Origin: an uncultured Candidatus Saccharibacteria bacterium
GTDB lineage: Bacteria; Patescibacteriota; Doudnabacteria; UBA920
Reading direction: 5' to 3'
DNA: 64,000 nucleotides
Assembly: GCA_964617815.1 (NCBI GenBank)
Contig: CAZTXY010000003.1
Location: 473 to 64,472, forward strand
Shown: positions 20,674 through 30,524 of the stretch, in pieces
Numbering within the stretch: the first letter of the stretch is position 1
Layout: every line of letters starts with the position of its first letter
Program-made: the position numbers and the translations under genes
Notes under the pieces: model-generated
Told to the model about the DNA's origin: nothing
The model's database searches: none
What the model saw: only the letters and a program-made list of their open reading frames with translations

Positions 20674-21039
20674 ATGAGCACAATATTGCTTGTTGACGGT
20701 GACTACATTCAGCGGCCAGTTTTGGCACGCATGCTCAGTGATGAAGGACGCCAAGTCATCGAGGTGAAAAATGCCGAGGAGGCATTGCAGACACTCCAAG
20801 AGGTTTCTGTGGACTTGGTGATCACAGCCATCAGCCTGTCTCCTCGCATGAACGGCGATCCGTTTTCGGCCGAGCTTCGTGCGGCGGGGCACAAGATGCC
20901 TGTGATCTTGATGAAGAACTACCCCGGCGACGTTGTGGATGAGTCCGCCTATTCTGCGGTACTTCTCAAGCCGCTAGTCTTCGTTCGCATTCACATGGCC
21001 GTCGAGCGGGTGCTGTCTCAGTTCGCAGAAGCGGGCTGA
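20674..21039 (+). CDS. Stand-alone receiver domain, atypical (phospho-Asp replaced by Ala)
   Basis: ILLVDGD..., VDLVITAISL, conserved KP. Confidence 0.8.
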   Translation: MSTILLVDGDYIQRPVLARMLSDEGRQVIEVKNAEEALQTLQEVSVDLVITAISLSPRMNGDPFSAELRAAGHKMPVILMKNYPGDVVDESAYSAVLLKPLVFVRIHMAVERVLSQFAEAG

Positions 21040-21198
21040 TTCCTCGCCGCACTCATTCTTCTTGAGCCGTTCTTGTTTCACCTTCGGGTGGGATGAGGGC
21101 GGCTTCTTTGTTTACAAAAAAACAGCGCCGTGTCCCACCGGTGAAGGCGGGGCGTGCGCTGTGTTGCGAAGTGTCATGAAAGCTCAAGTCAGGGAAGC

Positions 21199-22347
21199 TT
21201 AGTCTTGGGCAGTACTCTCTGCCAGCTGTCCCTTGGGAATCTTACTCGCTGGAAGCTGGTAGGCATCGGGTGCGGGAATCAAGGTCGTGACTTCATTGAG
21301 CGCGCCTTGCGTCCAAGTGATTTCATCATCAAGTGCACTGAGAGCCGTCTCAATTTCACTTAACTCCCTGTCCCTTTTTCCGGCCAAGATAGTGAGCCAT
21401 CGTTCATCTCCAAACGTGGCGTAGCCCTGCACTCGCATGAGAAGTGTTTCTTTGCTTTCGCACTTGGCCTTCAGTGTGACCAAGTTGTTCACTCCTCCTT
21501 GCAGTGCTTCCAAGTGCCGGTTGAGGAGTCCGAGCTTTTCGCTCAGGTCTTGTTCCTGAGGGCTGAGGTGTCCTCTGAGTTCCTCACACTCAGAGATTTG
21601 AGCCTCTACACAGTTCAGTAGCGTCTCTCGCTCTGGTAGATCATCATCGTTGAGTTCTTCGATGGCTTGCCGGTCTGCGCGCAATTCGAGAAGATATTCA
21701 TCTAACTCGACGCGCGGTTCGACGACCGCAATCTTGAAGCGTCCTTCCAGATCCACCAGTCTTTTCAAGTAGTCCTTCATGGATTCTTCAAGGTGAAGTT
21801 GAACTTCGCTCAGAAGATAAAGCGGTTCGTTCCAGAAGCGAGAAATTCGTTGGTTGAGCATCTCATCTGCAACCTTGCGGTATCTTTCTACATCATCTTT
21901 CAAGCGCGACAACTCAAGAAGTGGAAAAATTGTGACAATGCTGAGCCAAGAGATGCTGGCAAGGCACGTCCATACCAGGCGAATGGAAAGTGGGTCTGGC
22001 TCAGTTCCGAGGAGAATAAAACTCAGAATTCCTCCAATTATGAAAGCGGGGATAAACATGGCAAAAGCTGGTAAATAGCCAAAGCTGTTTTCTTCCCACC
22101 AGCATTCTCGGAAACAGAATTGGAATCTTTTCCAGAGAGATTGGTTTTGCAGGTCAATCTTCTTTTGGAGAGAGTCCTGTTCTTTGGCGTTCCACTTGCC
22201 AAAGATTTGCGCAGGGATAACTCCCAGCGTTTGTGGGGTAGGTGACCGATCCTCTTTGCTTACGCAAGTGAGGTCGCGGTGAGAGGTGGCAACTTCTTGT
22301 GCCAAATCTCTGAGCTCATCATGCAACACTTCGCTTTCGCTGTTCAT
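21199..22347 (-). CDS. Two-TM protein with a long coiled-coil C-terminus
   Basis: GGAGG RBS; TTGACA-17-GATACT promoter; two hydrophobic segments then a heptad-rich region. Confidence 0.65.
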   Translation of the reverse strand: MNSESEVLHDELRDLAQEVATSHRDLTCVSKEDRSPTPQTLGVIPAQIFGKWNAKEQDSLQKKIDLQNQSLWKRFQFCFRECWWEENSFGYLPAFAMFIPAFIIGGILSFILLGTEPDPLSIRLVWTCLASISWLSIVTIFPLLELSRLKDDVERYRKVADEMLNQRISRFWNEPLYLLSEVQLHLEESMKDYLKRLVDLEGRFKIAVVEPRVELDEYLLELRADRQAIEELNDDDLPERETLLNCVEAQISECEELRGHLSPQEQDLSEKLGLLNRHLEALQGGVNNLVTLKAKCESKETLLMRVQGYATFGDERWLTILAGKRDRELSEIETALSALDDEITWTQGALNEVTTLIPAPDAYQLPASKIPKGQLAESTAQD

Positions 22348-22517
22348 GTCTGCCTCCAGTTTTTGCCATTTCTGGCTGTGTCTTCCGACCACATAGTATC
22401 TTTTATTTATTGAGTTTTGTCAATACTTTTTGTGAAGAGCGAGGCTTTTCTTTTGTGCTCTTGCAATATATAATAGGTTCCTAGTTAAACTAGAAAAAAA
22501 TCCGCAGGAGGACACAC

Positions 22518-23414
22518 ATGGACACTAGTTGTACGATCGGATCGATTGAGTTTGAGCACCCCATCATGAACGCTGCGGGCTGGTGCAAGAATGCACAGCA
22601 CGCAGAAGAGCTCACGCTCTCAAACAGCTCAGCTGTAGTTTTCGGGTCTATCACCGTTTTGGAGCGCGGAGGGAACGAGGGGAACGTTTTTGTTCCGCCA
22701 CTCAATTCTCTCGGCCTACCAAATCACGGGATGGTTCGTTACCAGCAAGAGCTACCGGCAATCGTGGACAGAGTTCACGAAGCTGGTAAACCTTTCATTC
22801 TCAGCGTGGCTGGCTTTAATCTGTCTGACTTTCGCAAGCTCACTGATCTCGCATGGAGTGTTGGTGCCGATGGTGTTGAGTTGAATTTCGGTTGCCCAAA
22901 TGTTTGGGAAGATGGGAGCCAAAAAAGCCCTGCGTCTTTCCAGCCTGACTTTATCTACCAAACTTTGATGGTAGTGTTGGAGCCGAACTGCGGAGATATC
23001 TTTGTGAAGCTGTCTCCTTATTCGGATCCGTACCAACTCAAGGAGGTTGGGCAGGTCATCAACGAGATTGGTGGTGTGACAGCAGTCGTGACCAGCAACA
23101 CCTTTCCGAATGCTTTGGTTTTTGATGAGGATGGTCGGCCAACGATCTCTGAGGGCAAAGGCTTGGCTGGTTTCAGCGGTCCTGGGTTTATGCCCATTGC
23201 TTTGGGGCAGGTTTTCCAGTTCCGCGCCGCGCTCAACAGTGAGATTGCAGTGATTGGCGTTGGTGGCATCCGAAACGGCCGGGATGTTGCAGACTACATG
23301 AGAGCCGGCGCGTCTGCGGTTCAAGTTGGTACTCATCTCATGTGGCCTGATTCACCAGCTTGTCTTACCTCAATTCTTATCGAGTACACCGATTTCTTGC
23401 AGGGGAAGAAATGA
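22518..23414 (+). CDS. pyrD: Dihydroorotate dehydrogenase (soluble, class 1-like)
   Basis: NAAG, NSLGLPN, ELNFGCPN, VKLSP, GVGGI, VQVGT. Confidence 0.9.
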   Translation: MDTSCTIGSIEFEHPIMNAAGWCKNAQHAEELTLSNSSAVVFGSITVLERGGNEGNVFVPPLNSLGLPNHGMVRYQQELPAIVDRVHEAGKPFILSVAGFNLSDFRKLTDLAWSVGADGVELNFGCPNVWEDGSQKSPASFQPDFIYQTLMVVLEPNCGDIFVKLSPYSDPYQLKEVGQVINEIGGVTAVVTSNTFPNALVFDEDGRPTISEGKGLAGFSGPGFMPIALGQVFQFRAALNSEIAVIGVGGIRNGRDVADYMRAGASAVQVGTHLMWPDSPACLTSILIEYTDFLQGKK

Positions 23415-24448
23415 TCCAAGAAAACGTTCTTCAGATGACACTTCGGCGGCCTGATGATTTCCATCATCATTTCCGCGAGGGGGCTATGCTCAATTCTGTC
23501 ATTGAGCATGCGGGGTTGTTTGGTCGAGTTCTGGCGATGCCCAATTTGGCCAAGCCCGTTCTGACAGCTCATGATGCTTTCCGCTATCGCTACGAAATTC
23601 AGTTTGCGATTAGTCAGAAAGCTCGGAGACCGTTTAGGGTTTTGATGACGATTCAGATCACTGAGGCCACAACGCCGGAGATGATCTACGAAGCGCATCG
23701 TGCGGGTGTAGTTGCAGGCAAGGTTTACCCGCTTGGACAGACCACAAACTCTGATGCAGGAGTGACTTCTTACAACAAGCTTTACCTTGTTTTCTGGGCG
23801 ATGCAGGACTGTGGCATGCTACTGCTTCTCCACGGCGAGTTGCCGGATGCTGACATGTATTGCATGAAGCGGGAACGAAAGTTCTTGCCCGTGCTCCGCG
23901 ACATCGCACTTACATTTCCGCGACTTCGTATTGTCATGGAGCATCTTTCCACCCGAGCGGCGGTTCGTGCAGTGCTGAGTCTTCCGGCCAATGTGGCCGG
24001 CACGATTACAGTTCATCACTTACTGTATACGCTCAACGACGTGATGGGTGACAAGTTTCATCCTCATGCCTTCTGCAAGCCAGTGGCCAAGAAACCACGT
24101 GATCTCAAGGCCCTGCTCAAAGCGGCCACCAGTGGCAACCCGAAGTTTTTCTTTGGCTCAGATAGCGCACCACATCTTCGTGGCGCCAAAGAGACTGCGG
24201 ATTGTTGCGCGGGGATTTACTGTCCACCTGACGTTGCGCTTTCACTGCTCGCTGAGATTTTCGAGAGGCGAGGAGCTTCCGACAAACTCGAAGGTTTTAC
24301 TTCCGAGTATGGCGCGAACTACTACGGTCTTGAACCAAACGAGGGCACTATGACTCTCGTCAAGAAGTCGTGGAAGGTTCCAGAAGAGTACAATGGTGTT
24401 GTCCCGCTTTATGCGGGGAGAGAAATCTCATGGCAAGTTCAGTCGTAG
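23411..24448 (+). CDS. pyrC: Dihydroorotase (E. coli-type homodimeric)
   Basis: RRPDDFHHHFREG, AMPNL, KVYP, MEHLST, GSDSAPH; ATGA overlap with pyrD. Confidence 0.93.
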   Translation: MIQENVLQMTLRRPDDFHHHFREGAMLNSVIEHAGLFGRVLAMPNLAKPVLTAHDAFRYRYEIQFAISQKARRPFRVLMTIQITEATTPEMIYEAHRAGVVAGKVYPLGQTTNSDAGVTSYNKLYLVFWAMQDCGMLLLLHGELPDADMYCMKRERKFLPVLRDIALTFPRLRIVMEHLSTRAAVRAVLSLPANVAGTITVHHLLYTLNDVMGDKFHPHAFCKPVAKKPRDLKALLKAATSGNPKFFFGSDSAPHLRGAKETADCCAGIYCPPDVALSLLAEIFERRGASDKLEGFTSEYGANYYGLEPNEGTMTLVKKSWKVPEEYNGVVPLYAGREISWQVQS

Positions 24449-24452
24449 TCTA

Positions 24453-24479
24453 GGTCGGCCTCTCGAGAAGAGGCCGACC
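24453..24479 (+). terminator. Terminator of pyrD-pyrC
   Basis: GGTCGGCCTCT/AGAGGCCGACC stem followed by a T-rich tail. Confidence 0.75.
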
Positions 24480-24623
24480 ACAATTTTTATTAAAGGTGTT
24501 ATTGCTCGTTTATGTAAAAGATGAGATGCCTCGTTCATTGACTTTTGGTTGGATTAGGCATATGATTGTATGTTAGTTCAGGTTTCATTTCGGAAATTTT
24601 CGGACAAGACGGAGGATGCCATC

Positions 24624-24974
24624 ATGGCAAAGAGAATCTTGATCGTTGACGATGATGCTTCGGTGCGACGGGCATTGGCTCGAATGTTGAGCGTGTTGGG
24701 TTACGAAACCCTACAAGCCGACGGAGGGGCAACGGCTCTGCGAATTCTTTCTGAAGCATCAGTTGATTTGGTGCTTTCGGATTACGTCATGCCGAAGATG
24801 AACGGCGTGGAGCTTGTCTGCGAGCTCCGTCTCGCAGGTCACAGAATGCCTATCGTTATGATCTCTGGGACCCCCGGAGACGTCAGTGACACAACTGATA
24901 TTGTTGCTCTTCTCGGTAAGCCTACCGAGATGGCCCAGCTTCAGGCAACGCTTGAAGCCGCACTTGGGTCGTAG
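24624..24974 (+). CDS. Stand-alone response regulator receiver domain
   Basis: ILIVDDD, DLVLSDYVMPKMNG, ISG, KP; GGAGG RBS. Confidence 0.88.
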   Translation: MAKRILIVDDDASVRRALARMLSVLGYETLQADGGATALRILSEASVDLVLSDYVMPKMNGVELVCELRLAGHRMPIVMISGTPGDVSDTTDIVALLGKPTEMAQLQATLEAALGS

Positions 24975-25079
24975 AGTGAGTCAGCGCATTTTTCTTTTCT
25001 GAGCCGTTCCATATTTCGCTATCTAGCGGAATTGGGACGGCTCTTCATTTTGTATAAAACAAACAGCGGTCGCTTTGAT

Positions 25080-25496
25080 TTACATCGAGACGACCGCTTG
25101 CTTTTTTAGGTATGCTTGCCGAAAGTGCTCCAAGCCTTCGGGAAACTCACAGTGCTGTAGATACGCCAGAATGTAGTCGGGCGTAAAATCTTTTTTGCCA
25201 AAAAGTTTATGCGACCAGTAACGCGACACGACAATGACTGGTTCGCGTTTTTCTGTGGCCATCACAGCTTCGATGAAAGTTACAGACTGGATGATTTGGC
25301 CACACTCGTCTCGCAGTTCGACTCGAACTGCAGAAATGTCCTTTTGGACAAAGAGGACACAGACCTGAGTGGGACACTCTGGAAGACTCAGTTCGTAGAC
25401 AGCGCGAAAGCGAGTGTCATCGAAGACTGAGACATTCTTCCAAAGGCTAGGAGTGACTCCAGTAGTCAGAAGAAGCACGAGCAAAAAACTGGGCAT
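25080..25496 (-). CDS. Hypothetical protein with hydrophobic N-terminus
   Basis: AAGGAGG RBS before MPSFLLVLLL. Confidence 0.55.
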   Translation of the reverse strand: MPSFLLVLLLTTGVTPSLWKNVSVFDDTRFRAVYELSLPECPTQVCVLFVQKDISAVRVELRDECGQIIQSVTFIEAVMATEKREPVIVVSRYWSHKLFGKKDFTPDYILAYLQHCEFPEGLEHFRQAYLKKQAVVSM

Positions 25497-25681
25497 ACAG
25501 ACCTCCTTGGGCAGTAGCACGCTTTTATCATACAAGGTTTCGCTTAGTTTAACTAACTCTTGACATTGGCATGTAAAGTGCTCCAACTCGCATGCTATAA
25601 TAAAAGACTTTGGCAAAGGTCGTGCCAAATAAACTTATTTTTTTGAGATTAAATTTGAAAAAACTAATAAAAAGGACATAT

Positions 25682-27268
25682 ATGAAAACAACAAGCAAAC
25701 TTTTAGTGTCTGGTGGAGCGGCGCTAATTATGGTTTTAGGACTGTTTGGTTCACAAACAGCTCTTGCGGTAGCTCCTCTCCCTGCTCAGTGCCCGGGCAG
25801 TTTGGGCGACTATAATATTATTGAGGGAACATCTGCTAGCCAAACTTTGAATGGTACAGCTGGCAATGACTACATTGTTGGGAATGGTGGCGCTGATACT
25901 GTAAAAGGAAATGGTGGGAACGACTGTGTGGTAACTTTAGGCGGCGCCGATAAAATTACTACAGGCAGTGGTGACGATGTTATTTTAGCCGGTGGAGGTA
26001 CCAACACCATAAATGCAGGTAACGGAAATAACAAAGTTTACACTGGTGATGGCGCCGACACTATTACCACTGGTAGTGGTGACGATGTTGTTGAGGCCGG
26101 TGGTGGAGCTAATAAAGTTACCACTGGTGCTGGAGAAGACACTGTTACTACAGGAGATGGTGCAGACAACATTAAAACGCAGGGCGGTAACGACGTAATT
26201 ACCTCTGGAGCCGGTGGTGATATTATCGACGGTGGGACAGAATGTGATATTATCGACGGTGTTACTGATGACTTTGCATGTGATAACACAGTTCCAGAAG
26301 CGACAATTACTTTAGGTAGCCCAATGTATATTAGTGGCCCAAACATGTACATCACAAGTGCAACTCCTGTAACTGTAGACGTTGTTGATGACTTTGGTCT
26401 ATGGTTTTGTGAAATTTCCTATACCGGTCCAGGTGGGACAACCTTTGTGAAGGGGAGTGTTCCATGTCCTGATGATCAGTATGTATTTATGTTAGTTGGT
26501 CCTGACGGAACTTACACTATTGATGTTAACATTGCCGACTATGGCGACAATACAGACAATGCAACTAAAACAGTAATTCTAGACAACACTGCTCCTGTTA
26601 TTAGTATTGCAACACCTGCTGATGAATCTGCTCATGCACAAGGTGCTGTGGTAAATTCAGATTTTTCTTGCAGTGATGCCGCTAGTGGTGTGGCAACTTG
26701 TGTTGGTACTACCCCAGATGGTAGCCCAATTGACACAGCAACTCTTGGTGCAAAATTATTTACTGTGAATGCCTCAGATAACTTAGGTAACTCTTCTAGT
26801 TTAACCAACGACTACAGCGTGGCTTACGGCTGTAACGGGTTAGTGGCGACAATTCTTGGTGACGGTGGTATCAACTTTTTAGTGGGAACTTCCGGTGACG
26901 ATGTCATTGTCAGCCTCGGTGGTTTTGATACTATTATCGGTAATGGCGGGAATGACACCATTTGTAGTGGCGATGGACCTGACTTAGTTTTTGGCAGTAA
27001 TGGTAATGACTGGGTAGATGGTGGCGAGGGTGATGATACCATTTCAGGTGGTAACGACAATGACACTATTTATGGTGGAGGTGGAAACGATATTATTGGT
27101 GGGAACGATGGAACAGACAGTTTGTTTGGTGGTCCAAGCGGAGATGTTATTAGTGGTGGTAGTGGCAATGACACTATCGACGGTGGTGATGGCTTTGACT
27201 TCATTAACGGAAATAGTGGCACTGACACTTGCACAACTGGTGAGAATTTGACCAGTTGTGAGATTTAA
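25682..27268 (+). CDS. Secreted protein with two blocks of hemolysin-type (RTX) Ca-binding nonapeptide repeats and Ig-like linker domains
   Basis: Sec signal peptide; many GGxGxDxI repeats; DNTAPVI Ig-like motifs. Confidence 0.85.
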   Translation: MKTTSKLLVSGGAALIMVLGLFGSQTALAVAPLPAQCPGSLGDYNIIEGTSASQTLNGTAGNDYIVGNGGADTVKGNGGNDCVVTLGGADKITTGSGDDVILAGGGTNTINAGNGNNKVYTGDGADTITTGSGDDVVEAGGGANKVTTGAGEDTVTTGDGADNIKTQGGNDVITSGAGGDIIDGGTECDIIDGVTDDFACDNTVPEATITLGSPMYISGPNMYITSATPVTVDVVDDFGLWFCEISYTGPGGTTFVKGSVPCPDDQYVFMLVGPDGTYTIDVNIADYGDNTDNATKTVILDNTAPVISIATPADESAHAQGAVVNSDFSCSDAASGVATCVGTTPDGSPIDTATLGAKLFTVNASDNLGNSSSLTNDYSVAYGCNGLVATILGDGGINFLVGTSGDDVIVSLGGFDTIIGNGGNDTICSGDGPDLVFGSNGNDWVDGGEGDDTISGGNDNDTIYGGGGNDIIGGNDGTDSLFGGPSGDVISGGSGNDTIDGGDGFDFINGNSGTDTCTTGENLTSCEI

Positions 27269-27325
27269 GAAAATTTAAAAAAACATCCCGATTTAATCGG
27301 GATGTTTTTTTATTTTAAACTATAT

Positions 27326-27790
27326 TTAGCGAATGCCAGTATCTACATTAACGTCGAATCTGGTAATCTGTCCGCCAGTAATGGAAATGTTAGCAGGAAC
27401 ATTACTACTTCCAACGCGATCACAGCGAATTTCTGGGTCACAGTCTGCTACAGCCCAAGGGTTTGGCCATAGGTCCAGCTTATAATTACCTGCTGGCAAA
27501 ATGGCAAAGTAGTTTCCAAAATAATTAAATCTTGCTGTGCGAACTAACTTTGGTTCTTGCGCCGGAACTAAACGCCAAATTTTCAATTCATGGCTACGGT
27601 AGATTGCTCTGAGAGCTGGTCCATCATCACAGCTTGGGGGAATGGTGATAACAGGACAGATGGGTCCGTAGTTGAAGTGCCCAGAAAGTATCCCGATTTG
27701 AGGGATTCTAGAAGCGGCACTGGCAGTGCTGGTAACTAAAAAGCTGGCTACCAAAGCGCCTGTTAAGATCATTGCAAATAATTTACGCAT
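27326..27790 (-). CDS. Secreted hypothetical protein with Cys pairs
   Basis: Signal peptide; GPICPV motif; ends DTGIR. Confidence 0.65.
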   Translation of the reverse strand: MRKLFAMILTGALVASFLVTSTASAASRIPQIGILSGHFNYGPICPVITIPPSCDDGPALRAIYRSHELKIWRLVPAQEPKLVRTARFNYFGNYFAILPAGNYKLDLWPNPWAVADCDPEIRCDRVGSSNVPANISITGGQITRFDVNVDTGIR

Positions 27791-28059
27791 AACTTAACCT
27801 TTCATTAGTACTAAGAATTATCAATTAGTATAATCTTATTGCTAAAAATTAGCAAGAGCAGTTTTTCAGTTAAATCGGTAGGGCTTTTCATAGGGTTTTC
27901 AAAGTGCTAGAATGTAAAGTCATTGCTTTGTGAAGCAATGATTATTGAGACAAGAGCCTTGTATATAAACTTCTTTTTGTATTTAGGACTCTTCGCTTCA
28001 ATAGAGCAAAGTTTTCGCCGAATAAAGTAGGTGATGTAAAATATTTTGATTGCAGGAGG

Positions 28060-28692
28060 ATGACGCCGATGACCAAGAAGTCATTGACCCCGTCTCAAGC
28101 AAGGCCAGCAGAGGCCAAGATCGATAAACTTTGCGACCGTGTTCGCGCGGCTGCACGGAAGTCGGGAATACCCGATGACCGTTTCCAGTTGGGACTGGAG
28201 GTGCCTGGTACTGGACTTGAGGATGACATCCTTAAAGTGCTTACCAGCTATATCAGGAAGGCCTCTAGTCTTGTTGTTCCGTCTCGGGCTCAGGACACAG
28301 GGCTTGTTCCGGAAGGATGGGCAGTCTGGTCGGATGAAGTTGAGAATGACGTCTGTTTAGCTCAGCTCGACTTTTGCTACTCACCTTGCGCTTGGAATGA
28401 AGAATACATCTACCATGATGCGATGCTTGAGCGCGTCAAAGCCGCAAAGACTTTGGGAAGCCTGGGGTTGGCCAAGATCATCCTTGATGAGCAGAAAGCC
28501 GGTAGACAGATAATACCGGTGAAGCTACAAGGAAAGAAGACCATTCTCTTTCCCAAAACCATTATTGTCCACGCTGGTGGCGACCATTGTTTGGCCTCTA
28601 TGCCATGGTACGAGGGGAAGTGGTATTTGGAGTTCATTTGGCTCGATAACTCTTTCAATTCCTCCATGGTGGTTCCTCGCGAGCACCAGTAG
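28060..28692 (+). CDS. Hypothetical protein (SD-led unit, Trp-rich C-terminus)
   Basis: AGGAGG RBS; 210-aa ORF; terminator after the stop. Confidence 0.65.
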   Translation: MTPMTKKSLTPSQARPAEAKIDKLCDRVRAAARKSGIPDDRFQLGLEVPGTGLEDDILKVLTSYIRKASSLVVPSRAQDTGLVPEGWAVWSDEVENDVCLAQLDFCYSPCAWNEEYIYHDAMLERVKAAKTLGSLGLAKIILDEQKAGRQIIPVKLQGKKTILFPKTIIVHAGGDHCLASMPWYEGKWYLEFIWLDNSFNSSMVVPREHQ

Positions 28693-28894
28693 ACCTTGGT
28701 AATTTGGTCTTTTGCCCGACAGAAATGCTTGCATTTCTGTCGGGTGTTCTGTTTTTAAAAAAGATATTAGCAGGCTTGACTTTTTTGAGTTCTTGGCGAT
28801 AACATCTTAAAGTAGTGCTATAATAAAAAACTTTCCGGAAAGTCTGGAGAAATTTGCAGTACACAGAAAAAGTTTAAAAAAGTCAAAATTTATT

Positions 28895-30349
28895 ATGAAG
28901 CTAAAAGTCCTATTATTATGCACCGTGCTAATTCTGATTGCCTATGTGGTCTGGTTATTTTTCCACGTCACAGGCCCATTGGGTTGGCTTTTTTTTGTGG
29001 TGGAAGGGTCCATCTCTCTTTTGCCACTATTATTTTTAATTAATCACTGGACTCAGCGTCACGTTCATAAGTCGAGTTATCCACCAGTTGGTAGCGTGGA
29101 TGTGTTTATCACGGTGGTCAATGAACCGTTAGAACTTTTTGAACCAGTCTTACGTTCTTTGTCACGAATTACGTATGAAAATAAAAAAATATATGTGCTA
29201 GATGACGGTGGGCGAAGTGCAGTAGAAAGTTTAGCTACCCAGTATGGCGCGACATATATTTCGAGAGCCGACAGACCTGCTTTCTACAAAGCGGGAAATT
29301 TAAATAATGGCTTGTTGGTATCTAGTGGCGATTTTATTTTAGTTATAGACGCTGATCAAGAAGTTACTAACCCATACATTTTAGACGAGCTCTTGGGCCA
29401 TTTTATAGAAGACTCAAAACTGTCCTTGGTCGCCACTCGCCAGTCCTTTGTAACTCCACCCGAGGACTTTAACCACGACATTTTATTTTACGAGCATATC
29501 CAAACCGGAAAAAACGCTAATAACGCTGCCATTTCCTGCGGATCAGGTGTTATCTATCGCCGTAGTAGTTTAGATGTGATTGGCGGGTTTCCAACCTGGA
29601 ATATGGTAGAAGACTTATACACGTCTTACAAACTTCACTGTGCCGGTTTTAAAAGTTTGTATGTAAATAAAATTTATACAAAAGGCACTGCGCCTTTGGA
29701 CTTAGCTGATATTTATAAACAACGTGGCACCTGGGGGCTAGACACAATGCGTTTGTTTGTAAAAGACAACCCATTGTTTAAGCGGTCACTCTCTTGGCGC
29801 CAGAAACTTCATTATTCTGAGTTGGCTGTGACTTACGCAATTTCGGCAGTCTGTATTCCGCTGTTATTTCTCATGCCTGCAATCTCGTTGTTGTTTGGCC
29901 TGCAAGCAGTGACGGATATTTATGGTTATTCTGCTTTTCGTGTGCCGTCTTTAATCATGCTGTTAATTTTTTATTACTATGTGTGTGGCAAAACTTTTGT
30001 AGCTGGACAATTTTGGGCTGGCTTATTTCCAGCTTATTTTAAGGGCTTAGTCTTTGCAATTATGCCGGGCAAGCCTAGTTATAAAGTAACGTCTAAAGTT
30101 TCAAGTGGTGGCCGTCATCTCCGCCAGATAATTCCGCATTTAGTTTTGGTTTTCTTTTCTTTTGGTTCAGTGTTGTGGTACGTAGCGAGTAATGGCTGGG
30201 ACAGCATTGTTTTGTTTACTTTTGTTATTCAATTTTTGATGGTCTTTTGGCTCTACCCGATTATTATACGTGGGCTATTTGGGGTTCCTAAACTTCGAGT
30301 TGAAATCGAGCCAGAAAAACTTGGCGCTGTCGCAACCCAGCGCAATTAA
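28895..30349 (+). CDS. Processive GT2 glycosyltransferase (cellulose synthase BcsA-like), polytopic
   Basis: DVFIT..NEP, LDDG, KAGNLN, IDAD, VED, QRGTW (QxxRW-like). Confidence 0.85.
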   Translation: MKLKVLLLCTVLILIAYVVWLFFHVTGPLGWLFFVVEGSISLLPLLFLINHWTQRHVHKSSYPPVGSVDVFITVVNEPLELFEPVLRSLSRITYENKKIYVLDDGGRSAVESLATQYGATYISRADRPAFYKAGNLNNGLLVSSGDFILVIDADQEVTNPYILDELLGHFIEDSKLSLVATRQSFVTPPEDFNHDILFYEHIQTGKNANNAAISCGSGVIYRRSSLDVIGGFPTWNMVEDLYTSYKLHCAGFKSLYVNKIYTKGTAPLDLADIYKQRGTWGLDTMRLFVKDNPLFKRSLSWRQKLHYSELAVTYAISAVCIPLLFLMPAISLLFGLQAVTDIYGYSAFRVPSLIMLLIFYYYVCGKTFVAGQFWAGLFPAYFKGLVFAIMPGKPSYKVTSKVSSGGRHLRQIIPHLVLVFFSFGSVLWYVASNGWDSIVLFTFVIQFLMVFWLYPIIIRGLFGVPKLRVEIEPEKLGAVATQRN

Positions 30350-30524
30350 ATTAAAAAGTCTAGTAAGTGATGACACCTGTGCTATAAATAGAGCACCTCT
30401 TTTAAGCTTGCACTAGACAAAAAAGAGCAAAAGGAGTAAGTTATTAAGTTATGGTTTGTGGCTTGGGTGGAAGGGGGCCGAGGCCAAAAGCCTTTTGGAG
30501 ATGGAATTTTTCGGAGGAGTCGTC

